Counted from the first letter of the stretch, positions 27,249 to 38,040 are shown. The stretch is 64,000 bases of DNA from Candidatus Woesearchaeota archaeon (GCA_043803105.1 JAZDKJ010000006.1:192001-256000), one strand, 5' to 3'. Translations and numbers: made by a program. Notes: a model not told the origin generated them from the sequence alone.

Positions 27249-28404
27249 GGATTTGGACAAGGAAGTGGAGAAATTCACTGTTGGCAATGATTATCTGCTA
27301 GATGCTAGGCTCTTGAATTATGACTGCATTGCTTCAATTGCTCACGCAAAGATGCTGCATAAAATAGGTGCGCTTTCAGGAAAAGAGTCTAAGTCAATCG
27401 TTAAAGTACTCATTGATATACAGCACGATAAGTCTTTCAAAATATCTCCTGAGGATGAAGACTGCCATACTGCAATTGAGAATTATCTTGTGACAAGGCT
27501 CGGCTCTGTTGGAAAAAAGATTCATCTTGTAAGGTCAAGGAACGACCAGGTCCTAACAGCCCTGCGCTTGTATGAGAAAGACGAGTTAAAGCAAATCAAA
27601 AGCATGTTATTTGGCTACAAGAAATCCTTGAACAATGTGGTTTCCCGTTATGGTACAGTAAGGCTTCCCGGATTCACTCATACCAGAAAAGCAATGCCCA
27701 CCACAATCGCTGTCTGGTTTGGTTCTTTTGCGGATTCGCTCAATGACAACATCCTTTTGCTTGCTACTGCAAGCAAATTGATAGACCAATCTCCTCTCGG
27801 AAGCGCAGCAGGCTTTGGGGTGCCAATATTCAAGATAGACCGCAAGTTCTCCTCAAAGCTAATGCATTTCTCAAAGGTCATGGAAAATCCGATGTACTGC
27901 CAGTTGAGCCGTGGCAAGTTTGAGTCCACGATAATCCACGTCTGCTCGCAGATAATGTTTGACTTGAACAAGCTCGCCTCAGACATTATCCTTTTCAGCA
28001 TGCCCGAGTTTGGCTTTTTTGCCCTGCCTAAAAACATGTGCACAGGCAGCTCAATCATGCCTCAGAAAGAGAACCCTGACCTGCTTGAGTTGGTTCGGGC
28101 AAAGTATTATTTTGTTCTGGGAGAAGAGTTCAAAGTTCAGAGTATTGCATCCAGCTTGATATCAGGTTATAATCGTGACTTGCAGCTCACAAAAGAACCC
28201 TTGTTCGTCTCAATTGATACAACTAAGGATTGCCTTAACATAATGTCTGCGCTATTGAACAATCTTTCAGTTGACAAGGCAAAATGTAAAAAAGCTCTAA
28301 CCAGAAAGGTTTATGCGACAGAGCATGCCTTTGCTCTTGTAAAGAAAGGTGTGCCTTTCAGGGATGCTTATAATATCATTGCCCAAAAGTTGAAAAGACC
28401 TTAA
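27229..28404 (+). CDS. argH: Argininosuccinate lyase
   Basis: [18 protein letters not shown] and GVPFRDAY. Confidence 0.97.
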   Translation: MKLWLDKDLDKEVEKFTVGNDYLLDARLLNYDCIASIAHAKMLHKIGALSGKESKSIVKVLIDIQHDKSFKISPEDEDCHTAIENYLVTRLGSVGKKIHLVRSRNDQVLTALRLYEKDELKQIKSMLFGYKKSLNNVVSRYGTVRLPGFTHTRKAMPTTIAVWFGSFADSLNDNILLLATASKLIDQSPLGSAAGFGVPIFKIDRKFSSKLMHFSKVMENPMYCQLSRGKFESTIIHVCSQIMFDLNKLASDIILFSMPEFGFFALPKNMCTGSSIMPQKENPDLLELVRAKYYFVLGEEFKVQSIASSLISGYNRDLQLTKEPLFVSIDTTKDCLNIMSALLNNLSVDKAKCKKALTRKVYATEHAFALVKKGVPFRDAYNIIAQKLKRP

Positions 28405-28425
28405 GTCCGCTTCAGCAATTGTTAA

Positions 28426-28917
28426 TCAGCCTTTGCCTTCCAATGCTTGCCTACCCGCAATTTCAGGGTTGGCAAGGAACTCTTCTCTCTTGATGTCAGC
28501 TATTATGTAGTAGAGCTGTTTCTGCCTCAACTCAAACTTCTCCTCTAGTTTTTCTATGAAGTCCTCCATGTCCTTCACATGCCTGAATACTCCTTCTATT
28601 AGGAAATCATAGCCGCTGTTCACTCTGTAAAGCGAATTTACGTTTTGCTCTTTCACCAGGTGTGCCTGCAGCTCCTCCCTTTTTTCCCTGTCCACCTTCA
28701 CAAGCATGTGGATCCTTGTGTTGAATCCTAGCTTGCTGAAGTCAACAATCGAGGTATGCTTCTGTATCAGGCTTGCCTCTTGCTGCTTCAGTTTGTCATA
28801 GAGCGTCGACACCGGTATCTTTGTGAGCCTGCTCATTGAAGTGAGCGTTTCCCTGCTGTTCTTGCGCAAGTGCGTTATAATCAATAGATCCTTGTCAAGC
28901 ATTGTATCACCATGCAA
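28426..28917 (-). CDS. Lrp/AsnC-family regulator
   Basis: N-terminal HTH, VDFSKLG and G.YDF. Confidence 0.9.
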   Translation of the reverse strand: MHGDTMLDKDLLIITHLRKNSRETLTSMSRLTKIPVSTLYDKLKQQEASLIQKHTSIVDFSKLGFNTRIHMLVKVDREKREELQAHLVKEQNVNSLYRVNSGYDFLIEGVFRHVKDMEDFIEKLEEKFELRQKQLYYIIADIKREEFLANPEIAGRQALEGKG

Positions 28918-29049
28918 TGCGGTGGCTATTCAGGTTAAAAACACTTACTATGCTTTTGAAGGAAAATTTTCAGTTTCTGCGTAAGAAACGGAAAAGAGTT
29001 CTTTTCCCCAGTGCTGGTCCAAAAACCGGCTAAACCGTGCGTACCAAAT

Positions 29050-29180
29050 TGAGCCTGCCGGGATTCGAACCCGGGTCTGAGGCTTTCTGCATCTCTTCCG
29101 CAAGCCCCCATTCTATTTGCCTACCGGCAAATCCCTGCAAATCCGTGGGATTTGAGGTTTCCAGGCTATACTACAGGCCC
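29050..29180 (-). tRNA. tRNA-Arg(GCG) with a D-loop intron (~29117-29160) and a canonical 37/38 intron (29085-29097)
   Basis: Spliced GGGCCTGTAGTATAGCCTGG|ATAGAATGGGGGC-TTGCGG|A-GCCTCAGACCCGGGTTCGAATCCCGGCAGGCTCA. Confidence 0.88.
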
Positions 29181-29237
29181 ACTATATTGTATGTGTATTG
29201 TTGGGGCTGGAGTGACCACAGAACTGTGTTCTGTGAG

Positions 29238-29251
29238 TATACTACAGGCCC
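29238..29251 (-). repeat. 14-bp duplicate of the tRNA-Arg 5' end
   Basis: GGGCCTGTAGTATA occurs at 29167-29180 and again at 29238-29251. Confidence 0.85.
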
Positions 29252-29297
29252 TAAGACTATGAGGGTTAGTTAGTTTGTTTATAAAGTTTTAGAACTC

Positions 29298-30251
29298 CTA
29301 CAGCCTTTCAAACCTGTAGTCTATCCTTTTCCTGCTCCGTTCTGCTATGTCCCTCACTCTTTCTATTCCTGTCTCTTTCATGCTGTCTATTCTTTTTTTG
29401 ATTAATGGCATATGGTACTTCAATGATGGCTTGAGGCTCACCTCATAGCGTAGCTGCATTGTTGGCTTGATGTACCTAAGGTGCCTCCGTAGCATTCTTG
29501 AGCCGCTCGGTACCTGCTTTATGTATCCTATTTCTTTTCCTACGACAAAGTTCTCTCCGTTGCGTATGTTTTCTATGAATCCCTTTACACTGTTTGCCTT
29601 GCTGTACGTTAACACTTTTCCGAGCTGGAACAATGAATGCCCGTCGCTTCCTCCTGTGAACCCCTTTCCAAGCTCTTCTGCCCATTCAAGTGCTTTCCAG
29701 TTCATCCTGTTCCTGCTGACTCCATTGATGACCTCGATGGCATTGATGGCTGAGAGCACATTCTTGTCTACATAGCCCCTGCTTATGTTCTTGTATATGC
29801 CCATGAATCCCCTCATGAACGGGTGGGCTGCACACACCAGGCAGTCGAAGTTCTCCGCCTCTTTCATGATGTCCTGTATCTTTACCTGCGTGATACTGTA
29901 AGGGTCCTTGTTCTTGAACTGTTCCACTCCGTTGTAATAAAATGCTTTAAGGTCTGCAATGTTTTGGAAGTAGAAAAGCAGATGGCATCTTTCCAGGCAA
30001 GAAACCTCAATTCCAGGTATGAGCATCTGGCCTTCTTTCAGTTTTGCTGCCTCAAGCACTCCCTTGATTTCATTGTGGTCTGTTATCGCAATGCCTATGC
30101 CAAGCCTTTGCGCTTTCTTCAGTATCTTGTCGATTTTTGTATAGGTGTCAGAGTACTGAGTATGAAAATGCATGTCCACCGCTTTCATTCCTGCATCCCT
30201 GACCTGCTCTAAGTCAGGCTTTTTGAAGTCCACTCTTGCTCTCAATAGCAT
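29298..30251 (-). CDS. PHP-domain metal-dependent phosphoesterase
   Basis: DMHFHT, AITDHN, GIEVS, AHPF and GGSDGH. Confidence 0.93.
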   Translation of the reverse strand: MLLRARVDFKKPDLEQVRDAGMKAVDMHFHTQYSDTYTKIDKILKKAQRLGIGIAITDHNEIKGVLEAAKLKEGQMLIPGIEVSCLERCHLLFYFQNIADLKAFYYNGVEQFKNKDPYSITQVKIQDIMKEAENFDCLVCAAHPFMRGFMGIYKNISRGYVDKNVLSAINAIEVINGVSRNRMNWKALEWAEELGKGFTGGSDGHSLFQLGKVLTYSKANSVKGFIENIRNGENFVVGKEIGYIKQVPSGSRMLRRHLRYIKPTMQLRYEVSLKPSLKYHMPLIKKRIDSMKETGIERVRDIAERSRKRIDYRFERL

Positions 30252-30317
30252 GTTTATGCCTCCAAATTCCGAACTTTATAAATGTTGCACCACGGTTGCA
30301 CCTCTTAAGATGCGGGT

Positions 30318-31232
30318 ATGAAAATTCATGAGCCGTTCCAACAAGCCCCAAAAGCGAAATATTTATATAATGTTCTTCAGACGGGGATACTAAAAAAAGA
30401 AGGTGATGATGACTTGTCCACAGATGTTATCCAAAAGAAGGGAGACATAAAAAGAATCAAGACTTATATTAGTGGTCTTGATCAGACAATGGAGGGAGGC
30501 ATCCCTGAGAATCATATTGTTCTGATCTGCGGTTCTTCTGGCACGATGAAGTCTTCCATCTGTTTTAACCTTGTCTACAACGAGGCTCTGGCTGGAAAGG
30601 TCGGACTATATTTTTCTCTTGAGCAGGGCTATTCATCGCTCTTGAATCACCTTATCAATATGGGTTATGACTTTTCCAAGGTGGAGATCATAGTTGTAGG
30701 CTCGAACATCGAGGATATCAAGAAGAAGTTGAAGACTCTCAAGGACTCAGGCAAGGGAGGGGTCATAATCTCTGACCTTGGTGACCTGCGAAAGGAGATT
30801 AAGGACAGCAAAATGGGTGCCAGCGGTGATTGGTGGGTTTTTATACGCAATGTCTTGAGTAGCATCAAAAAGGAGATCGACTTCAAGATCCTTGTGTTGG
30901 ATTCACTCGATGCCTTGTATGTTCTCTCCAATTTTGAGGAGGCGCGAAACAAGCTCTTTTACCTCTTTGAGTATTTACGCGACCTGAACGTTACATCCTT
31001 CCTGATTTCTGAGATGCCCCTTGATGGCCATAGGTATGGCCGCTTTGAAGTAGAGGATTACCTTGCTGATGGTATCATCATGCTCAGGCTTGTGGAGCGT
31101 TATCGCAAGGTTACCAGGGAAATTTCTGTTGTTAAGATGAGGACTACCAACTGCAACATTGATGTCTTTACCCTTGTCTATGACGGACGTATTTTCAAGG
31201 CAGAATATGGGGGAAAGCCTCCCCTTATCTGA
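30318..31232 (+). CDS. KaiC/RecA-superfamily ATPase (start probably ~30414)
   Basis: GLD..MEGGIP, GSSGTMKS, VLDSL, EDYLADGII and VVKMR. Confidence 0.9.
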   Translation: MKIHEPFQQAPKAKYLYNVLQTGILKKEGDDDLSTDVIQKKGDIKRIKTYISGLDQTMEGGIPENHIVLICGSSGTMKSSICFNLVYNEALAGKVGLYFSLEQGYSSLLNHLINMGYDFSKVEIIVVGSNIEDIKKKLKTLKDSGKGGVIISDLGDLRKEIKDSKMGASGDWWVFIRNVLSSIKKEIDFKILVLDSLDALYVLSNFEEARNKLFYLFEYLRDLNVTSFLISEMPLDGHRYGRFEVEDYLADGIIMLRLVERYRKVTREISVVKMRTTNCNIDVFTLVYDGRIFKAEYGGKPPLI

Positions 31233-31234
31233 AC

Positions 31235-32431
31235 ATGTCAGTCATTACTGCAATCAATCAGTTGCATGAGCTGAATAGCTCTCTTTCAAAGATCTGGCAG
31301 TTTGAGGTGGGCTCTCCCATATATTCTGACATTGCGGTTGGGGACATTAATGCCGATGGCAAGATGGAGATTGTCTTCAAGAGCAATGATGAGGAGCTTC
31401 ACGTTATTTCTTCTGACGGCTCTAAGCTCTGGAGTTTTCACCTGGATGACGGCACTGAGCTCGAGCGCCTTTTCCTTGACAAGGACAGCGTCCGTGTTGT
31501 CTGTTCAAGCCCTGTTCTTGCAGACATCAATGATGACGGACGGCTTGAGATAATCATTGGGAGCACCAACGGTAGGTTGTATTGCATCGACTCTGCTGGC
31601 AGGAAGTTATGGGAATTTAAGACCAATGACTCGATAAACTCAACACCCCTTGTGGCAGACATAAACAATGATTCCATCCCTGAGATAGTCTTTGGCTCAA
31701 ATGACCACCTCTTGTATGCCCTGGATTCCAAAGGTCGGCAGCTCTGGACTTTTGAAGCTGGCCTCGAGATTGAGTCCGGTGTTGCCCTTGCTGAATTTGC
31801 AGGCAAGCCTTCAATTCTTTTTGGCTCAAATGACAACCATGTTTACGCTCTCTCTGCAAATGGTGAACTTGTGTGGAAGTTTCAGACCCAAGGTCCTGTC
31901 TGCGCAACACCAATGGTCGGTGACCTTCATGGCGATGGCCAGAAAAAGGTTGTTGTTGGTTCACAGGACGGGCTTGTTTACGTGTTGAAGCACACTGGCC
32001 AGCTCGAATGGAAGCTTAAGACCTCCGGCAAGATAGTCTCTGAAGTTGGTCTCGCTGATATTAACGGTGATAACAAGCTTGAGATTGTGGTCACGTCCTG
32101 CTGTTACGAGAATAATGTTCTTATTCTTTCGAACACAAAGGATACGATTGGTTCCTTTGGCGCCGGCTTCTGGGTGACAAGCTCCCCTATAATTAAGGAT
32201 ATTGACCAGGACGGCAACGATGAGATAATATTCGGTAGCTACGACCATCACCTTTACATCCTTACCTTTAAGAGGGAACTAAAGGAGTATTACCGTGGCG
32301 AGTTAAAGCAGGAAGTAACTCTATACAATGCAGAATGCATGATTGTAGGTACGCCTGCAGTCCTTGAGGGCAGAGGTACAATCATCGTTACCGCTAATGG
32401 CAAGGGCAGTGTGATAGCGCTTAAGATCTAG
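31235..32431 (+). CDS. FG-GAP/PQQ-like beta-propeller repeat protein
   Basis: Repeated P.VADIN.DG..EIVFGS.D..LY.L...G..LW.F units. Confidence 0.9.
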   Translation: MSVITAINQLHELNSSLSKIWQFEVGSPIYSDIAVGDINADGKMEIVFKSNDEELHVISSDGSKLWSFHLDDGTELERLFLDKDSVRVVCSSPVLADINDDGRLEIIIGSTNGRLYCIDSAGRKLWEFKTNDSINSTPLVADINNDSIPEIVFGSNDHLLYALDSKGRQLWTFEAGLEIESGVALAEFAGKPSILFGSNDNHVYALSANGELVWKFQTQGPVCATPMVGDLHGDGQKKVVVGSQDGLVYVLKHTGQLEWKLKTSGKIVSEVGLADINGDNKLEIVVTSCCYENNVLILSNTKDTIGSFGAGFWVTSSPIIKDIDQDGNDEIIFGSYDHHLYILTFKRELKEYYRGELKQEVTLYNAECMIVGTPAVLEGRGTIIVTANGKGSVIALKI

Positions 32432-33375
32432 GGTATTGTCCTGTATCTTGTGCTGATTATTATCCATTCAGTGAACAGCAATATAAGGACGGCTATCATC
32501 AGCGGGGTGGCCATTTGAATTGGAATGTCTTTTTGCTCTGTCGTTGCGATCTCCGCTAAGGCAACCCTTAATGCCTCGTTGTCCGAGACCCTGAAGTACC
32601 TTCCTCCAGTGCTCTCAGCTACGCCCCTAAGGCTGTTTTCATCAAGTTTGGAGACTGTATCAATATCTGTGAACTTGCCGCCTTCGGGTGTGGCTACCCC
32701 TAGTGTATACACTTTAATGTGGTTCCTTGTTGCAAAAGGCACTGCAACAATTGGGTCTATCCCCACATTGCTTTGTCCGTCAGTGATTATTGCCACTACC
32801 CGGGCCTGTCCATCATCTTCAAAAAGGTTGGCTGATGAGACTATTGCTTCACCGATCGCAGTTCCGCTTGTGAACGCTATGTCTATTGAGCTTATTGCTG
32901 TCTTTACCAGGCTCATGTCGTCAGTTAGTCTTTGCTTGACAAACGTTGTTCCTGAAAAAGAGAGAACCCCTACTTTTGAGTGTTCTCCTACAGTGTCCAC
33001 AAATATCTGTGCAGCATCCTTTGCCGCCGCCAGTCTGTTGGGCGCAAAATCATCTGCAAGCATGCTGCCTGAGGCATCTATCGCGACCACAAAGTCAAAT
33101 GTTGTGCTCTTTCCAGAATACCAGAATATCATTCCAGACAAGGATAGCACTAGGAATATCAAGGTGAATGAACGAAGGATGAGAAAGACGATGTTCTTGG
33201 TTATGATTCCCCCTGAAAGAAATCCTTGGCCACCAACGCGCTGTATTGCCTCAAAATTCGCGAAAAGAAACGCCTTTCGCTTTGTGAATCTTATCGTAAT
33301 TAGATGAAGTACTAAAAGGAAGGGTATGCTTGCAAGGAACCATAGGAATTCAGGGTGCGTGAAGCTGACGTCCAT
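32428..33375 (-). CDS. BatA-like VWA domain membrane protein
   Basis: F.HP.FLW start, DASGSM MIDAS, TAIGEA and ITDGQSN. Confidence 0.93.
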   Translation of the reverse strand: MDVSFTHPEFLWFLASIPFLLVLHLITIRFTKRKAFLFANFEAIQRVGGQGFLSGGIITKNIVFLILRSFTLIFLVLSLSGMIFWYSGKSTTFDFVVAIDASGSMLADDFAPNRLAAAKDAAQIFVDTVGEHSKVGVLSFSGTTFVKQRLTDDMSLVKTAISSIDIAFTSGTAIGEAIVSSANLFEDDGQARVVAIITDGQSNVGIDPIVAVPFATRNHIKVYTLGVATPEGGKFTDIDTVSKLDENSLRGVAESTGGRYFRVSDNEALRVALAEIATTEQKDIPIQMATPLMIAVLILLFTEWIIISTRYRTIP

Positions 33376-33376
33376 C

Positions 33377-34264
33377 TTATTTTCCTGTTCTGGTCTTCAA
33401 GAAGCTTGTCACCGGGTTTACAAACGGCTTGTCTGTTGTGAGTGACAAAAAGGGTATGCGGTGTAGCTTAAGCACATTCAAGACCTTTTCTTGTTCTTGC
33501 TTCGCGATGCGCTCAAAGGCTGCCTTGATATTTCTTGAGTCAACCACCATTTCCCTCTCGGAAAATGGGTCCTTGATTACTACCTGTCCCACATCTTCAG
33601 GGATTGTCAGGTCATGCGGGTCTCTTACCACTATTGCCATAAAATCGAATTTGCTGCTTGCTACCGTGAGCTCCCTTTCCCATTCTCCCTTTAGCCCAAA
33701 GAAGTCTGAGACTATGATCACAATAGCCTGCTTCTTCAGGTATCCGGTCAGGTACCTCAGTGCCTTTCCAAGGTCAAAGCCTCCGCCGTACATCTGCGGA
33801 TTGCTAAGTTTTGTGGTGAGCATATAGTACTGCCGCTTCCCCATCATTGGCGGTGAGACGTTGACGATGCCCTCATTGAACATGATGAGCCCGACATAGT
33901 CCCCTGCCTGAAGTGCAGCAAATGAAATCGACGCTATGAGTTCTGCAGAGTATTCTGCTTTCATCTTGTCAGTTGATGCGAAGAGCATGCTGTTGCTCAC
34001 ATCAAAGAGGATTATCACAGTTATGTTTCTCTCTTCTATATACTTCTTGACAAGCACCTGTTGTGCTTTCAGTGTTGCCTTCCAGTCTATCTGGCTTGCA
34101 TCGTCGTTGATGCTGTAAGGCCTAAATCCCTCGAACTCTAACCCTCTTCCCTTGATTGCTGTTAGGTAATCACCCGTAAGCTCACCCATCATATTGTTCT
34201 TCATCGATACCTCAAACTTCTTCATCATTGGCTTGAGGTTGAGCTTTAGTTCTCGTACTGGCAT
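33377..34264 (-). CDS. DUF58 protein
   Basis: GLEFEGFRPY...DDA..IDWK and DVSNSM. Confidence 0.93.
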   Translation of the reverse strand: MPVRELKLNLKPMMKKFEVSMKNNMMGELTGDYLTAIKGRGLEFEGFRPYSINDDASQIDWKATLKAQQVLVKKYIEERNITVIILFDVSNSMLFASTDKMKAEYSAELIASISFAALQAGDYVGLIMFNEGIVNVSPPMMGKRQYYMLTTKLSNPQMYGGGFDLGKALRYLTGYLKKQAIVIIVSDFFGLKGEWERELTVASSKFDFMAIVVRDPHDLTIPEDVGQVVIKDPFSEREMVVDSRNIKAAFERIAKQEQEKVLNVLKLHRIPFLSLTTDKPFVNPVTSFLKTRTGK

Positions 34265-34265
34265 T

Positions 34266-35255
34266 TTATGGTACTGGTACCTTTGATAGAATTTCCTTTA
34301 CTATGTCGTCGGGCTTTACTGCTTCTGCCTGTCCCTCATAGTTTACTATAATCCTGTGCCGCAGGACATCAGAGGCAACCTCTTTGATATCCTGTGGTGT
34401 TACAAACAGCTTTCCGTTAAGCATCGCCTCTGCCCTTCCAGCTATGTGTAACCCTATGGATCCCCTTGGAGATGCTCCCCATTCGATGAACTTCCCAAGA
34501 TTTAGTTTGTACTTGTCAGGATTCCTGGTTGCATCGATTATCCTCACTATGTATTTCTCAACCTTCTCGTCTACGTATACCTGTCTCACTGCCTCTTGGA
34601 TATCCATCAGTATCGGCCCGTCGAGCACGGGTTCTATTACTATGTCCTCAAATTTCCTGGTTGTGATGTTGTTTGTCAGCACCCTCTGCTCTTCCTCGAC
34701 CGTTGGATAGAGTAGCTGCAGCTTGAATAAGAACCTGTCCAGTTGTGCTTCCGGCAGAGGATATGTTCCTAGCGATTCTATCGGATTTTGTGTTGCGAGC
34801 ACAAAGAATGGTGGATCTAGCAGAAAGCTCTCTTTACCTATGGTTGCCTGCCTTTCAGCCATGCATTCCAGGAGAGCTGACTGAACCTTTGGCGGTGCGC
34901 GGTTTATCTCGTCTGCAAGCACGAAGTTTGCGAAGATTGGTCCTTTTACCACATAGAATCCCTTGTCCTTCTCGAACGCTGTGATGCCTACAATATCTGT
35001 TGGCAATAGGTCTGGAGTGAATTGTATTCTCGAGAACGAGCACTTCATCACCCTTGCTATTGTCCTCACAAGGAGCGTTTTTGCTATGCCTGGAACTCCT
35101 TCGAGTAGCACATGTCCGTTTGCGATTAGTGCCTTTAGCATGCAATTCACAGCTTTTTCCTGGCCCACCACAGACTTGGCAATCTCTGACTTTGCTAGCG
35201 TAAAAATCTTGGAATATTCCTCCACTTTCTTCGATAGTTCTCTATCTACAGGCAT
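34266..35255 (-). CDS. moxR: MoxR-family AAA+ ATPase
   Basis: EGVPGIAKT, RIQFTPDLLP, DEINRAPPKVQSALLE and LPEAQLDRF. Confidence 0.96.
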   Translation of the reverse strand: MPVDRELSKKVEEYSKIFTLAKSEIAKSVVGQEKAVNCMLKALIANGHVLLEGVPGIAKTLLVRTIARVMKCSFSRIQFTPDLLPTDIVGITAFEKDKGFYVVKGPIFANFVLADEINRAPPKVQSALLECMAERQATIGKESFLLDPPFFVLATQNPIESLGTYPLPEAQLDRFLFKLQLLYPTVEEEQRVLTNNITTRKFEDIVIEPVLDGPILMDIQEAVRQVYVDEKVEKYIVRIIDATRNPDKYKLNLGKFIEWGASPRGSIGLHIAGRAEAMLNGKLFVTPQDIKEVASDVLRHRIIVNYEGQAEAVKPDDIVKEILSKVPVP

Positions 35256-35359
35256 ACCTGCTTCTACCAGGGCGTGCTTTATATATTTTATTAAACCACT
35301 CGAGAGTAAAGACCTGTTTAACCAAAACAAATAAATAACAAGCAGTAACACCATTTCCT

Positions 35360-36043
35360 ATGACACTTGCCATAATCGGTGGAACTGGGCTTCTGCACCC
35401 TGACATTTTTCCAGGTTCTGCGAAAAAAAAAGTGGCTACAAGGTTTGGCAGTGTGCAGGTCAATGCCTACAATTCTTGTTTCTTCCTGCAACGTCATGGA
35501 CACAATCTCCCACCTCACCTGATAAACCACAAAGCCAACCTAACAGCACTAAAACACCTTGGTGTGGACGAGATCATAGCCTTTTCCTCAGTTGGTAGCC
35601 TGCGACGCGGCATTAAGCCAGGAGACCTTGTGATCATCGACGATTTCATTCAATTATCAAATATTCCCACATTTATTGAAAAAGATATGAGGTTCGTTGT
35701 GCCCTGCATTGATAAAACTTTGCGGACCAGATTGATCAAGGCATGCGCAACGCTTCGTCTGCATTTTAAATCAACTGGCATTTATCTGCAGACCATTGGT
35801 CCTCGTTTCGAGACAAAATCGGAGATTGCTATGTATAAGAGGTTTGCTCACGTTGTTGGCATGACTATAGCTAGCGAAGCAACACTCGCTAATGAGTTAG
35901 GTATCCCTTATGCATGCGTATGCTCTGTTGATAATTATGCCAATGGGCTGGTAAGATCTCCTCTCGATTGGCAATCAGTTAAAGAGACGCAGGCGAGGAA
36001 TCTTATCTCGATAAAAAAGCTTCTCAGAGTTTTGATAAAATGA
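35360..36043 (+). CDS. 5'-methylthioadenosine/methylthioinosine phosphorylase
   Basis: IIGGTG, RHG, GPRFET.SE and VVGMT..SEA.LA.E. Confidence 0.92.
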   Translation: MTLAIIGGTGLLHPDIFPGSAKKKVATRFGSVQVNAYNSCFFLQRHGHNLPPHLINHKANLTALKHLGVDEIIAFSSVGSLRRGIKPGDLVIIDDFIQLSNIPTFIEKDMRFVVPCIDKTLRTRLIKACATLRLHFKSTGIYLQTIGPRFETKSEIAMYKRFAHVVGMTIASEATLANELGIPYACVCSVDNYANGLVRSPLDWQSVKETQARNLISIKKLLRVLIK

Positions 36044-37296
36044 GCATTCTCATCAAGAATGCCATAGTTTTTGGAAAGGTCATGGACATTTTGATAGAAG
36101 ATAACCTTATCTCAAGGATAGCTCCAAAGTTGAGTGACAACGCAGAGTACACGATTGATGCCTCTCACAAGGCTGTGATTCCAGGGCTCTTCAACTCCCA
36201 TACCCATGCTGCTATGACACTTCTGAGGGGATACGCAGACGACATGCAGCTCCAGAGCTGGCTGCAGACAAAGATCTGGCCGCTTGAGGCCAAGCTCACT
36301 GATAAGGATGTGTATCTAGGCGCAAGGCTCGCTTGCCTTGAGATGATAAAGACCGGAACCACATTCTTTAATGATATGTACTGGCACCTGGAAGGCACTG
36401 TACGGGCTGTCGAGGAAATGGGCATAAGGGCTGCATTGAGTTATGTGTTCATCGACCTTTTTGACGAAAAAAAAGCTGTTGAACAGATTCGTGTTGTGAA
36501 GCGTCAGTTTGAGCCAACCAAGCAACAAGATAGCAGAGTAACCTTTGCCCTTGGCCCGCACGCAATTTATACTGTATCAAAAGACAGCCTGCAATGGGTT
36601 GCAGATTTTGCAAAGCAGCATGACGTGCTGATTCATATACATCTCGCAGAGACTAAAAAAGAGGTGGATGATTGCCTAAAATCCAATGGCAAAAGGCCTG
36701 TCCAGTTTTTGGAAGACATCGGTTTTCTTGGACCTAATGTCATTGCTTGCCACTCAGTCTGGTTGACAGATGAAGAGATAAGGATTATGGCAAGGCACCA
36801 AGTCAAGGTTGTCCATAATCCTGTCTCGAATATGAAGCTTGCTGTTGGAGAGGTCTTTCCTTATTCAAGGTTCAAGGCTGCCGGAGTGCTCCCCTGCCTT
36901 GGCACAGATGGTTGCGCATCAAACAACAGCCTGGATATGTTTCAGGCGATGAAGTTTGCTGCTCTCCTGCAAAAATTCTGTTACAAAGACCCCACAGTCC
37001 TTCCTGCGCATGAAGCCTTTGAGATGGCCACTTCAAATCCAGCCTTGGCCTTTAGAATAAATTCAGGAAAGATTGAAGAGGGTAAGCTAGCAGACCTTCT
37101 GCTCATCGACCTGAAAAATGTAAAGCTCACCCCGAACCACAATATGGTCTCAAATCTGGTCTATAGCGCTGATGGTTCCTGTGTCGATACAGTAATCTGC
37201 GATGGCAAGATTCTTATGGAGCACAGGGTTGTCGAAAACGAAGAAAAGATAGTAGACGATGCAGCCAGGGCTGCACTTGACCTGGTGGCAGGGTAA
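36040..37296 (+). CDS. Amidohydrolase, MTA/SAH deaminase-like
   Basis: NSHTHAAM, HIHLAET, HNPVSNMKL and GTDG..SNN. Confidence 0.92.
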   Translation: MSILIKNAIVFGKVMDILIEDNLISRIAPKLSDNAEYTIDASHKAVIPGLFNSHTHAAMTLLRGYADDMQLQSWLQTKIWPLEAKLTDKDVYLGARLACLEMIKTGTTFFNDMYWHLEGTVRAVEEMGIRAALSYVFIDLFDEKKAVEQIRVVKRQFEPTKQQDSRVTFALGPHAIYTVSKDSLQWVADFAKQHDVLIHIHLAETKKEVDDCLKSNGKRPVQFLEDIGFLGPNVIACHSVWLTDEEIRIMARHQVKVVHNPVSNMKLAVGEVFPYSRFKAAGVLPCLGTDGCASNNSLDMFQAMKFAALLQKFCYKDPTVLPAHEAFEMATSNPALAFRINSGKIEEGKLADLLLIDLKNVKLTPNHNMVSNLVYSADGSCVDTVICDGKILMEHRVVENEEKIVDDAARAALDLVAG

Positions 37297-37297
37297 G

Positions 37298-38017
37298 ATG
37301 GAGCAAGCCCTGTATCTTGATGATTGTTATCTGTCCGAATTTGAGGCTACTGTAGTATCTGTTAAGGATGATAAGTTTGTCGTGCTTGACAAGACAGCTT
37401 TTTACCCGACTTCAGGCGGCCAGCCTCACGATACTGGAATCCTCATCCGTGGAAGCGACGAATTCAAGGTTGTCTACGCAGGCAAGTTTGACGGTACAAT
37501 AAGCCATGAGGTCTCAGTTCCTGGCCTAAAACCAAACGATAAGGTCATAGGCAGGATTGATTGGGTTAGGCGCTACAGGCTGATGCGCTATCACACCGCA
37601 GCCCACGTGGTCTCCCAGGTGATTCGCTCCGAGACCAATGCCCAGGTCACAGGCAACCAGCTTGAATTGGACAAGGCAAGGATAGATTTTGACGTGCCTA
37701 ATTTTGATAAGGAACAGCTGAAGTCCTACGAAGATAAGGCAAACGAGATTGTTGGTAAACGCCTTGAGGTAAAGAAGTATTTCCTTCCTCGCGCCATTGC
37801 CCTGGAGAATCCTGCCCTATTCAGCTTGAAGAATGTCCTTCCCCCTGATGTTCCAACCTTAAGGATTATAGAGATTGTTGGTTTTGACATAAGCGCCTGT
37901 GGTGGCTGTCACCTCAACAATACTGGAGAGATAGGTCATATAACTGTCACAAAGGTTGACAATAAGGGCAAGGACAACCGCAGAGTCTATTTTGTTCTTT
38001 CGGACAACAAAATTTAA
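37298..38017 (+). CDS. alaX: AlaX alanyl-tRNA editing protein
   Basis: FYPTSGGQPHD, HTAAH and CGGCH. Confidence 0.93.
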   Translation: MEQALYLDDCYLSEFEATVVSVKDDKFVVLDKTAFYPTSGGQPHDTGILIRGSDEFKVVYAGKFDGTISHEVSVPGLKPNDKVIGRIDWVRRYRLMRYHTAAHVVSQVIRSETNAQVTGNQLELDKARIDFDVPNFDKEQLKSYEDKANEIVGKRLEVKKYFLPRAIALENPALFSLKNVLPPDVPTLRIIEIVGFDISACGGCHLNNTGEIGHITVTKVDNKGKDNRRVYFVLSDNKI

Positions 38018-38040
38018 ATAACAGCCCGCCAAGCTTACCC

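Noticed and set aside
29037-29273. 78-aa ORF in the track
   Set aside because: Antisense to tRNA-Arg; spurious
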